Source of the DNA: Chiloscyllium plagiosum
Lineage: Eukaryota
Assembly (NCBI RefSeq): GCF_004010195.1
Contig: NC_057718.1
Coordinates: forward strand, 9,930,872-9,994,871
Length of the DNA: 64,000 bases
Direction of reading: 5' to 3'
Of this stretch, positions 51,261 through 62,940 are shown piece after piece. The number at the start of each line of letters is the position of its first letter. Within the stretch, counting starts at the first letter, position 1. The position numbers and the translations under genes are program-made. The notes under the pieces were generated by a model. The model was not told the DNA's origin, did no database searches, and saw only the letters and a program-made list of their open reading frames with translations.

Positions 51261-52404
51261 CCTACACTTTTCAAATGGCCATTTGACCACGTTTTTGTCT
51301 GTACCACTGAGGAAACATCACATTCGAGTCTAATTTTAATCCTGTGCCCCATCCTGTGACTGCTCACGTACCTGTCGGAGGAATGTCACGAGGTATCTGT
51401 TAGGAGAATGTGATATTCCCTTTCCCCAGAATCCCGAAGCCGAGGGCATATTAATCTCCCAACATTTAGCCTGGCAGAGGTCAGCTAACTGTAGTTATTT
51501 TAATTGAGGTGTTTGGATATATTATGGTGCACTTCCAGTGGAGGTGGGATTTGAAAGTGAGTCTTCTGGATCCAGAGGTAGGGACACTACCATTGTGTCA
51601 GAGGAGCCCAAAAAACTAAGTGTGTGCTGGAGTTGAATCTGCCATCACTCGGGTGGACATTGTTAATGGCATGTTAATTAAGATATAGAGGCAAGGGGCA
51701 TTGTTTAATTAATTAATTACCTGAAGCCATGTATAAAATGAGAATTACGCCCTCTTGTGGCACAGTGGTAGTGTCCCTACCCCTGAACTGAGAGGCCTCA
51801 GTTCACGCCCCACCTCCTTCAGAGGTGTGTAATAAAATCTCTGAGCAGGTTCATTAGGAAAATAGGTTAATTTTTTTAAAATTAGAGAGTGAATTGGGCT
51901 AGAAGGTCAGATTTGTCTGGGGACATGCAAGGAGTTTAGAATTTTTGACAGAATTAGGAGTTTGGGGGACTGGTTTGGGAGATGGAAGAGGGAAGGTGGT
52001 GGTCAGGTATAAACTGATGAACATACAGGTAATGCGGACTATTCCACTATTTGAACTCACCTGATCTTTAGGAATAAATCTAGTTCACTTGTGTAATTTT
52101 GAGTGTTATATTTACATTATTGGGATGGTAATGTAGAGGCCTGCAAGTCATGTGATCAGATCCCACCACGAGACTCCGAATTCAGTTTAAACAATCTGTC
52201 AGTCAGAATGTCAGTTTGTCATAGAGACCCAAGTGGTCCTTTGGAGAAGGAAATTGGCTGTCCTTTACCAAGTCAAGACCCACACGTGATTCCAGTGCCA
52301 CACCAATGCAGTTATTCCTCAACAGCTGTCAGAAGACCCAGCACGTTACTGTATTGTATCAACTCGCTATTAACATATGAAGAAGATGGTACCTTACCTT
52401 TGTA

Positions 52405-52935
52405 GGACATGGAAACGTAGAAAATAGAAAGAGGCCATTTGGCCCTTTTATTATGATGATGGCTGATTGTCCAACTCAATAGCCTCATTCTGCTTTTTTC
52501 CCATAACCTTTGAACCCATTTGCCCCAAAGTGCTATATCTAGCCACCTTTGAATACATTCAATGTTTTGGCATCAATTACTTCCTGTGGTATTGAATTCC
52601 ACAGACTCACCCCTCTTTGGATGAAGAAATGTCTCCTCGTCTCCATCCTAAGTGGTTCACCCTGAACCCTCAGACTGTGACCCACTGGTTTTGGACAGAC
52701 CCCCATCAGAAATATCCTCCCTGGATCCAGCCTGTCTAGGCCTGTTAAAATTTTAAGTCTCTATGAGATTCCCACCCGCCCCGCCACCCTCACTCATCTG
52801 AATCCAGCAAACCTAGTCCTAACCTAGTCAATCCCTCTTCATACGTCTGTCCCATCATCCCCGGAATCAGCCTGGTAAACCTTTGCTGCACTCCCTCAGG
52901 AGCAAGAGCATCCTTCCTCAGAAAAATAAAGCAGG
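52405..52935 (-). mobile_element. CR1 3' fragment
   Basis: ggccatttggccc...ccggaatcagcctggtaaacctttgctgcactccctc. Confidence 0.78.
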
Positions 52936-53021
52936 AAAATGGTGACCCAAACATTCACAAAATGATGAGCAAAATAAATCCTGGGTGTGCTGGTAGCTGC
53001 ACTAACAATCCATTTAAGATA

Positions 53022-53152
53022 GGGGTAAAAACAATGACTGCAGATGCTGGAAACCAGATTCTGGATTAGTGGTGCTGGAAGAGCACAGCAGTTCAGGCAG
53101 CATCCTTGGATGCTGCCTGAACTGCTGTGCTCTTCCAGCACCACTAATCCAG
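53022..53152. mobile_element. Minimal family A-related PLE palindrome lacking the ribozyme
   Basis: Perfect 49-bp arms 53057-53105 / 53108-53156 with a 2-nt loop; 15-bp TSD aatccatttaagata at 53007-53021 and 53153-53167. Confidence 0.88.
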
Positions 53153-54619
53153 AATCCATTTAAGATAATCAATCGATCTTGTAACATGGCCCATCTGTGC
53201 TTATCAAGAGCAGCGTTGTACATAGGAATCTATGCTCTGCAAACAGGTGAAACATAATCAAACTGAATTACCTGAGAGCTTGGGGAGCCTATATTTCAGG
53301 GATCTGATTAGATATTTTAATGAACGTGTTGACACACCTGTGGGACAGGTGGGACCCGAACCTAGGCCATGGGACTCTGCCACAGAAAGTGGTTGAGGCC
53401 AAACATTGAATGCTTTCAAGGAGGAGTTAGATGTAGTCCTTAGGACTAAAGGCATCAAAACATGTGGGGAAAAGCAAGAACGAGGGACTGAGTTGGGTGA
53501 TCAGCCATAATCATATTGAATAACAGAACAGAATGGAAGGGCTGAATGGCCAACTCTTGTTCCTGCTTTTCTATGTCTCCCTGTTTACTTTTTCCATGAC
53601 AAGTCCTCAGCCAATCAGAATTGACTTGCTAACCAGTCAGCACATTTTTACAAGTAATGTAAATTGTGATGGTTTGTAATTTGGCATTCTTGCATTTGTC
53701 CTGATGATATAAAAAGCTTCAGCAACATCTTTTTCCAGCAAGATTCACAAGGACCATTTAATTTCATATTTATCTCCTATTTTGGCATGATCTGGAAACT
53801 TGAGAGGCTTTGCATTTTATACTTTAAAGTTAATTTTTTTGTTACCTCCATTAGACAGCCTCCACTATACAACCTTCACTGCAAGGTTAGAATAGACAAG
53901 AGACAGCAATTGGAAGGTGAACTACAATTGAGTTGGACTGCTGCTGGTGGCTTTCCCCACCGATGGCACCATCCAAACTGTTCACCTTGTGTTCTGTATG
54001 TTACATGCACTTCCTTCTAAATCAAAGCCTCAATTCAGGAAAGGGAAGCATCCACACTGGGCTGTTCCACCACAACTGGCAGCACAGTAGTGCCCCCAGA
54101 CACAGCAGTGTAACTGTTGGGCATCATCCTGAGAAACAAAGAGGGTATGCACTTGTCCGACTCCACGGTTTGCTCAGCAGCTGCTCGGACAGGTGGTCAT
54201 TGTGCTCTGAGCATGACCAAACTGGTTGATTAAAAATAATTTAATGTAAAAGAAATAAGATATTGATTGATTGCATTTCACCTTGAAGTGGCTGCCAATT
54301 GAGACTTTGATTTAAATTTGACTTCCCTCTGAGACCTTAGTTAAAGTGTCCCTTTGAGAGGCTCTCATCCTTTTAATTTGGTTCAATTTGTTTATTTTGA
54401 AATCGCATAGAGAGACTGATTACAGTGCACCTAGAATTGGCTGCCAGGTGTGAGTATGATTTGATTTGATTTAGTTGATTCAATTTAGTTTGATTTGGTT
54501 TATTTAAAATAATATAAAGAGAGGCTGCTGAGACATGGGAAAAAAATGCAGGCATATGCAATGCTGCATTCTGTAAATAAAGTTATTGTCAAGAATTGGT
54601 GACCAGAATCACACTTCAT

Positions 54620-55395
54620 TCATCTGGCTTGGGAAGTGTGATGTATGCACTTTGGTAGGAAGAATAGAGCTGCAGACATTTTTTTTAAATGGGGAAAGGC
54701 TTGGGAAATCTGAAGCACAAAGGGATTTAGGAGTCCTAGGTCAGGATTCTTTTAGGGTAAGCATGGAGGTTCAGTTAGGAAGGAAAATGCAAAGTTACCA
54801 TTCATTTCAAGAGTACATCCCTGTATTGCTTAGGCTGTATAAGGTTCTGGTTAGACCCCATTTGGAATATTGTGAGCAGTTTTGGGCCCCATATCCAAGA
54901 AAGGATATGCTGTCATTCGAAGGAGTCTGGAGGAGGTTTACAAGAATGATCCCAGGGATGAAGGGCTTGTCATATGAGGAGTGGTTGAGGACTGTGGGCC
55001 TGTACCCGATGCAATTTAGAAGGTTGAGGAGGGATCTCATTGAAATTTGCAGAACACGAAGAGGCCTGGTTGGAGTGGACGTGATGAAGATGCTTCCACA
55101 GGAGAGATTAGAACCCAAGGGCACAGCCTAAGGGAGGGATGATCCTTCAGAACTAAAGTGAGCAGGAATTTCTTCAACTTGAGGGTGGTGAATCTATGGA
55201 ACACGTTGCCACAGAGGGCTGTGGAGGCCAAGTCATTGATTGTTTTTAAGATAGAGATGGATCCTTGATTAGTAAGGGGAGAAAGCAGGAGAATGGGGCT
55301 GAGAAGCAGATCAGCCATTGATTGAATGGCAGTGCAGACTCAGTGGGCCGAATGGCCTAATTCGGCTGCCGTATCTTCTCATCTTATGGTCTATG
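54620..55395 (+). mobile_element. CR1 3' fragment
   Basis: LYKVLVRPHLEYCEQFWAPYPRKDMLSFEGVWRRFTRMIPGMKGLSYEE. Confidence 0.88.
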
Positions 55396-56124
55396 TCTGA
55401 CAGGTGGCTCAGCACTCTATTTGCCTTCAATTGCATTGCAGAAACTGCTTAAGGAAGGTAATTGGTCTTGGGTGATGCTGCCCATTGAAACAAAGGAGTC
55501 CATGAACATCTCAGTAGAGTGTTGCTCCATTTTGTGGCTGTTTTATAAGTGTGTATTTTTAGTAACCCATTGGCAGTCTGTCTGGATCCAGAGACAGTGC
55601 CCTGCCTCCAAAAACCTCAATTGAAAGTTGCTAAAAGTAGATATAAATTGCAATAAATTATCCACCTCATACACTCACTGATTTAGACTTCTCTACCAAG
55701 CCACATTCATGATATATTTAAGAATTGACATTCACTTTCCAAAAGGCATTTAACCAATTATTAGAAGTGAAGGAGTGTCTTGAGCCTGTTTAAACACTGA
55801 ATGCCAGAGCTCTCTGTAAACTCCTCTAAAGAACATATTGACGCGATACTGGGGATGAAACTTGTTCTGTTGAAAATTCTAGCGTTTTGAAATGTGGAAA
55901 AGTTTTGTGCACTGTATCTAATAGTTTAGAAATACAAAAACTTGTTATGTTGCCCAGTTTGTGCAGAAAAAGATCCCACAATTAATAAAGAAATGAATAA
56001 AAGTTCTGGTGGAGTCCATTAAGGGAATGATTTTCAGGTCAGTGTCGATTCAGGGCTCTGGATACTGGGAAAATTTCACACTCCAACTCAGATGATGTGT
56101 TGGGATCTTTAACATGCACCAGGC

Positions 56125-56695
56125 ATCTTGGCCCACATCCAAAAACTTGAGTATTGTGTGCAATTTTGGTCTTCAAATCTGAGGAAGGACATTCTCGCTA
56201 TTGAGGGAGTCCAGCGAAGGTTCACCAGACTGATTCCTGGGATGGCAGGATTGACATGTGGATCTATTGGGCTTGTAGTTGCTGGAATTTAGAAAAATGA
56301 GGGGAGATCTTATGGAAACAAATAAAATTCTGATGGGAATGGACAGACTCGATACGAGAAGCATGTTCCCAATGTTGGGGAAGTCCAGAACTAGGGGTCA
56401 CAGTGTAAGAATAAGGGGTAAGCCATTCAGGACTGAGATGAGGAAGAACTTCTTCATTCAGAGAGTTGTGAACCTGTGGAATTTTCTCCCACAGGAAGCT
56501 GTTGGGGCCAGTTCATTAGATACATTCAAGAGGGAGCTGGACATGGCCCTTGCAGGTAAAGGGATCACGGGGTTATGGAGGGAAAGCGGGAATGGGATAC
56601 TGGGATTGCGTAATCAGCCATGATCACATTGAATGGTGGTGCAGGATCGAAGGGCCGAATGGCCTGCTACTGCGCCTATATTCTATGTTTCTATC
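56125..56695 (+). mobile_element. CR1 3' fragment
   Basis: EFRKMRGDLMETNKIL...KSRTRGHSVRIRGKPFRTEMRKNFFIQRVVNLWN; ttctatgtttctat tail. Confidence 0.9.
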
Positions 56696-57899
56696 AGACA
56701 GCGCACCTTCTGTGCTTCAATGAAAGGTTGACCTATATTATTGTAGCAAAATGAGTTAGAACTGGAATGCAAATCTCCTGACTCTGAGGCAACAGTACTG
56801 TCAACAACATCAGAATAATTCTGGTTGTGGACAGTTCAAAAATACATTGAGGTTTTGAAAACATCAGTCTCAGTGGTGATTTGCTGTTGAGTTGTGGTAT
56901 TTGGGAGAGTAACTCCATTTTAACTTTAATAGAGATATATTTATAGAGAATGGTCTGGAATTAATGTAGTAGTTTGCAATGTCAGACGGCTGCCCACACC
57001 CAGGCAACTGCCTCAAAGGACAGTGTGTTAGAGCTGCAAAGAAATACTGGAAGGAAAAGTGGAGTCAACTGCAGAGAGGATCGGGTCATGATCAAAGAGC
57101 AAGGCTGTGAAAGGGCTGGGGAGGTAGCAAGGCAGAGGGAGTGCCAGAGAGCTGGAACATTGCGACTGCACCATTGGCCATTAAGCTGGAGCAGTGCCAG
57201 AGGAAGGAGAGGACGTGTGGGGTGAATAATAACTAACAGCTCAAAAGCCTGCTTCACTGAGCAGCTGCGAAGGTGCCTCTGGAAACCGAATCTCCTTATC
57301 CCGTCAGAGTTTGACCTGGTTTTGTCACTGCGAGGCTGGGCTCCCAGTTTGCAGCAAGTGTAAGCTTGAAAGTCCATATTATAAATGGTAGTGGGTACCT
57401 GGACCCTAACCTGGCTCCCAGATAGAGTACACTGTATCCTGGATTCAGTGAGGTACTCTTCTCAGTGAGCATCCTTAGAGCAAAACCCCCACCCCATGTC
57501 TTTGGGCAGGTCCCATCTCAAACCCATTTTGTTTTTTTTAATGATGCCAGTGGACTATATGTACAGGTCAGCAGTCAAGTGGAAGGCAAAAGTGGGGTGT
57601 GGATTCTCAAACTTCCTACCTTACATTCCGGACCGTGGGAGGGTCCCAAGCCATTGTTAATGACACTGTGGAACAGAGTCTGTTTGCATGGTTTCCACAG
57701 AGCCTAGCCCTCTACCCCTCCACCCCTACAACCCACCTAGGCCAATATAAATCAGCATCCGACATAACTCTAATGATTTTAAAATAGTTAACTAACCTGG
57801 AGGCAGCATTTTAAGCCTAGAGTGTCATAGAAGCAGAAGTAGACCTCTTCAGCCTGCTTCAACTATTCACTGAAATCATGGCTATCTGTTGTGGCCATA

Positions 57900-58160
57900 C
57901 CTTGAGAGATAGGAGCAAAGGTAGGCCATTCAGCCCATCGAGTGCTCCACCATTCGATGAGATCGTGGCTGATTTTATAGCCTTCAACTCCACTTTCCCA
58001 CCTTTTCCCTTCCCGATTTAAAAATCTGTCTGTCTCAACCTTGAATAAACATATTGACCCAGCCTCAGCCCTCTGCAGCAAAGAATTCTGCAGGTTTACC
58101 GCCATTAGGGAAGAAATTCCTCCTCATTTCTGTTTTAAATGTACAACCCTTATTCACTTT
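57900..58160 (-). mobile_element. CR1 3' fragment
   Basis: ataggagcaaaggtaggccattcagcccatcgag...; VNLQNSLLQRAEAG. Confidence 0.72.
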
Positions 58161-59499
58161 CATAACCCCGACAGAAATTTAACTAACTTTGCCTTGATTC
58201 GGTCCTGGAAAAAACAATAAATGGTGAAGCAGTTTCGGGAGGCTGAATTGCTGACTCCTGTTCCTGCATCTTATGTATAGCCCAATCCACAACTAGTTAC
58301 ATACTTCCAGCTTTCTCTGTCAAAGATTGTATGGAGAAATTGTGTTAACCTCAACGATGGGTTGAGATGGAGTTTCTTAAAATCTGTTTGCAAGCAATTA
58401 AGGTACGGATTGCACTTGTAAGACACAATTGTTGAGACTACGTTGCAGCATTGGGAGGTCTCCAGGTAGGAACATAATGTGGATTGAAAATATCCAGCAT
58501 CAAGGTCCAAGTCATTGAAGAGTTTCTTCTGAAGATGCCTTTTGCTGATTAAAGGTTGATCAATTTTTGTTGGGTCAGGGTAATGAGGGGTTAATAATCA
58601 AAGGTGGACAAACAGTTGAAGTACAAATCCCTCAAGACCTGATTGTATGTCTGGTTTGGATTTGAAGGGCTGAATGGCCAGCTCCTGATCTTGGGTATAG
58701 CCAGTGAGCTTGGAAACTATTTTCTCTGCACTACAAGTTGTTGGTTTACCCTTCTTCCCCTCAATATTCCTCGATTGTAGCTCACATCATCTCCTTACCC
58801 AGACTATAGACTCATTACCCTCACCCATTGGTTTTTCTTCTGCAATCTGAAACTTGAGATTATCTCGAAATCCCTCTGAGCCTTGGGCCATTTCTGCTTC
58901 AGTAACTACTTGCAAAACCAATCCCAACTTCAGTTTCTCAGAATGGGCTTCCTGTTCCTTTGATTCTGGTCTCCGCATTCCCCTCATCACCAACCATTCT
59001 ATTCAGAGCCATCTAGGTCCTGCTATCTGGAATTCCTACTTCCAACTTCTTGGGCCTCTTTACAAAGCTCACCACCTTGATAGTTTCTCCAAGTACTCTC
59101 TCCGCTAGCTCCCCTGTGTCTGTTTTTTCCTAATTGCAAACTTTTATTCCCACTTTCCCTGGTCCATCGAGTTTGCTGTGGATCTCAATAACCGAAGACT
59201 CTGTGAGGGCAGCTTTTCTTTTGGGGAAATGTTAAGTAAAATGCAAGTCGCTGTCCTTTTGTACCTTGCAGAGTTCAAAGGTCTCTGGTTCAATCCTTGA
59301 TCTCCGAGTTAAGACTCTTTGAAGATGAACCTGTAGTTGGTAAGGCAAGAGGAGGGAAGGGTCTGGAATTGAACTCTGGGATAGAGAGAGAAAACTAAAT
59401 CATCCAAGTTTCCCACTCCTAATCCTAGAGATTAGGAAGGACAATGCGCATGGATGTTGAATAAAGACAGATGCTGATAGAGTAATCCATGCCTCTCTG

Positions 59500-59720
59500 G
59501 GTCTGAATTTACTGCAGAGACAACCCAGGCTGCCTGACTCAGTGCCGTACTGGGGGAGTGCCACACTGTCAGAGATGTTATCTTTCTGATCTGGCCTTAA
59601 ACAATAGCCCTGTCTGTTCCCCTTCAGGTGGACATTGAAGAATCCAACTGGCACTATTTTGGGAAGCACAGCGCAGTTTTCCCTAGTGTCCTGTTCAGTA
59701 TTTATCCCTTGACTCCTAGA
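59500..59720 (+). mobile_element. DeuSINE-like SINE remnant
   Basis: gtgccacactgtcagagatg...tcaggtggacattgaagaatcc...ggcactatttt...tgtcctg..cagtatttatccct resembles the Deu central domain as I recall it. Related pieces lie at ~28930-29200, ~61015-61250 and ~63350-63600. Confidence 0.6.
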
Positions 59721-59899
59721 ACTAAACCGAATGTCAGGTCACCAAGCTGTGGGAGGGGATGGACCGTCTGAGTGGGCAGATCCAACAGCCAAATGCTGCA
59801 CATGCTGTAAATCTGAAATAAAGGCAAGCAATTTCTGTTATCATAAGGGCGAATTGAGCTAAGGTGGGAGTGCTGGCTCCCAGAAAATCTTTCTGTGTT

Positions 59900-60224
59900 A
59901 AAGCACTGACGTGGAGGAGGAGTACATTTCATTAATAGCACTAAAAGGAAAGCAGATAGGCTGAACACAGACTCGCCAATTTAAACTGCCCCCGCTCCAC
60001 ACCCCAATTCATTCCATCCCATCCCTCAGGCTTTCAAACAATAGTGGGTGTGAGCTTCAAGGGGGACAGACAGCAGTGCAGCTGGTTTGGACTATGTTCT
60101 TGTAATAGTCTCTTGGTGCATTGAGTGAACTTGATCAGAGTGCTTGAGCCCTCCCTCACCCCTCAACAGATCACCACCAACAGACCAGCAACTCTGCTAC
60201 CAGTCTCTTCAAAATGCCTCCAAG
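59900..60224 (+). promoter_or_regulatory. Putative promoter/5'UTR of the MFCLK exon
   Basis: Unique sequence with TGACGT (CRE-like, ~59907), CCAAT (~59976), GC/CACCC boxes (~59988-60005) and CATTCC (MCAT-like, ~60010) clustered upstream of the exon. Confidence 0.45.
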
Positions 60225-60240
60225 ATGTTCTGCCTGAAAG
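60225..60240 (+). CDS. NHSL1: Second alternative first coding exon (micro-exon MFCLK) of the same NHS-family gene
   Basis: aagATG TTC TGC CTG AAA G|GTAACC: MFCLK plus a phase-1 donor, same strand and phase as the 44996 exon. I recall MFCLK-AVSNLD as an NHSL1 isoform start. It lies in repeat-free sequence downstream of promoter-like motifs. Confidence 0.7.
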
Positions 60241-62419
60241 GTAACCACATTGCGGAGTTTAACCTTCTTTTTAGCTCTGTTTCTAAGTTTTTAAAAAAAA
60301 ATTCTACTGGGCTCTTAACAGGATCAATATGACCTCTGGAAGCCTTCCTGGAAACTTTTCTGAACCAGTCGCTGGGAAACAGGTGTTGCTGACATTGGGC
60401 TCAGAATACTTTTGTGTGTGTGTGAGAGAGTTTTTTTTTCTTAAAATGGAGAAAGGTATTATAACTCCACGAACCTGTTTTATTCAGGCATCTAGATTGT
60501 TGGGTTGTGTGAGAGAGAGATCGCAGGAGGGGATTTAATCTTTTTCAGCTCCTTGAAATCTGTGTTTATTCTTTGAGTTACGGTGTTAAGATGGGCTTTC
60601 TTTTCACTGGGGATTGTCTTTGAATCGGTGGTGAACGTACTCGTTGCTGCAATCTGTGCTGTTAATAGCTTGTGTGTATAAAGTGCAAGACGGTATAATA
60701 TTTTACATAAGCTTGCCATGTCAGCCTATTCGATCTGTGAGGTCTGTTTCCTGAGTGCACGCGCTAAACAGGATTGGTTTATATTTGTTACTGTTTTACT
60801 CACATCTCCTTCCTCCTCTCCCGTTCCTTGTCTCCCCACCACCTTATTTCTGCCCTTTTACTAACTCACTGATGCTGCAGTGAACTCTGACCCTCCGTTG
60901 CCCATTGCACCCTTCTGGGGCCAGAGACACAGCAACCACTTGTCTCCTTCCCAAGCCTGCCTCCTCCCCACCCACACACTTCCCCAGGGTTCACTGAGTG
61001 GGAACCCCAGGAAGGAAAAACCTGCATTTTTTACACTCCTTTTGCAACCTTAGCATGTCCCAGAATGTTCCACAGCTAAAGAAATACTTCCAAAGTGTGG
61101 TCACTGTTGTAAATGTAGAAAATACTTCAGTCAATCTGTGCACAGCAAGCTCCCATGACCCGCAACCCATATCATCTGTTTTTAATTGAGATTGGTTGAG
61201 GCAAGACAACAGCATGAAATCCCTTTCTTTTTCCCCTGAAATAATGCCAGAGGACGTGCCTGGCTTTGGCCTTAGTTTGGCTTTGAAGCAAAGATCATGG
61301 GTAAAGTATATTTGGCTGATACTTGTCCCAAGTTGCAGTGATGATGCCAGTTTTTAAAATTGAGTTGGAAAAGATCTCTGATCCCAGCCCTTTCAGATTC
61401 CTAACAGAACTCTAGTCTCTCACTTCAGGTCCTATTCTGGTAAATCTGCACTGCGCCATCTCCAAGGTAAACACCAGTTAACTTCACACTGGGTTCCGAA
61501 GATATGATGGCCTGATTTTCTGTGGCACGTTGTCAAATTGGATGCTGCAGAAGTTGTGTGGATTCGTGTTAAGCAATAGATCCTCGTTACCTCCCCCTTC
61601 CCATCCCAATCCCAACATCCCTTGTCTCCGGTTACTATCCCAGGCACAGTTGCTTCTCGACACAAGGCACAGGAGCATAAAGTGGCAACAGGCCTGCACG
61701 GTTCCAGGTTCAATGTGAAGTAAAAAGGAGTCTGATATTTTTTGCTGCTGTGTGCAGGGAAGGGTTGTAGTCTTGGGCGCGAGAATAGAAAGGGATTTGT
61801 TTACATCCCATCAAATGGTTGTTTGTAGAGAGCAGAGATTCTTCATAACATTCCTCAGATTCCATGTGTGCTGAGTACCAGGTTGTACTCTGGTCTGAAT
61901 TGGAAAGCAGGTTGGTTTTTATTCCAGCAACAAAGGCGTCGGAGGGAATTTTACACATTTGCCTCCACCCCTGCACTCCCCTTTATTGGAAATGGGGGTG
62001 ATTGGGTAAAATGAAGCTTGCAGCCTGCCCACTGCCTACTCACCTGCCCCCAATTTTATGGGCATGGGTGGTAGCAGGTGGCCTTTTTCTATTGAGGTCC
62101 CCAATGCCTCCCCATCCCACCCCCACCCATCGCTGTTTGACCCGTCACGGCCGGAGGGATAATAGGATGTGGCGGGCGGCAGGTAAGTCCTTTAGGGGAT
62201 CCCTGGGCCCATGAGAGGTAAATCCCATAAGATTACGCCCTTTGGTTTGCTCCCCCACCCATACCCCAGAGTCTCCTAATGATTTGAGGAATTGTTATAG
62301 ATGCAAATGCTGCAGCCCATCAAGACCTGTGGGACAAAGTCTATCAGCAGCAAGTCTCCTGCACCAACCTAATCCATTGCCTTCTCTTTCATTCCAGTAC
62401 ACATGGTGTGCTGTTCTTA

Positions 62420-62940
62420 GAGGTCATAGAGCACAGAAACAAACCCTTCGGCCCAACTTGTCAATACTGACCTAGTTTACCAAACTGAACTAGTCCCATA
62501 TGCCTCTGTTTGACCCATTTCCCTTTAAACTTTTCCTGTCCACATACCTATCCAAATGTCTTTTAAATGTTGTAATTGTACCCACCTCTACACTTCCTCT
62601 GGCAATTGATTCCATAAATACATCACTCTCTAGGTGAAAAAGTTACCCCTCATATTCCTTTTAAATCTTTCCCCCTTCATGTAAAACCTATGTGCTTTAT
62701 TTTTGGACCCCCCATCCTTTGAGAAAAGACCGTGGCTATTCACCTTATCTATGCCCCTCATGATTTTATAAACCTCTATAAGGTCACCCCTAAATCTCCA
62801 ATGCTTAAGAGAAAAATGTCCCAGCCTAACCAGCCTGTCCTTTTAACTCAAACCTTCTAATCTCAGTAACAGCTGTATAAATTTTTTTTGCTGTCTTTCT
62901 AGTTTAATAACATCCTTCCTAAAGCAGGGTAGAATTGTAC
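62420..62940 (-). mobile_element. CR1 3' fragment
   Basis: RKDVIKLERQQKKFIQLLLRLEGLS; typical 3'UTR. Confidence 0.85.
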
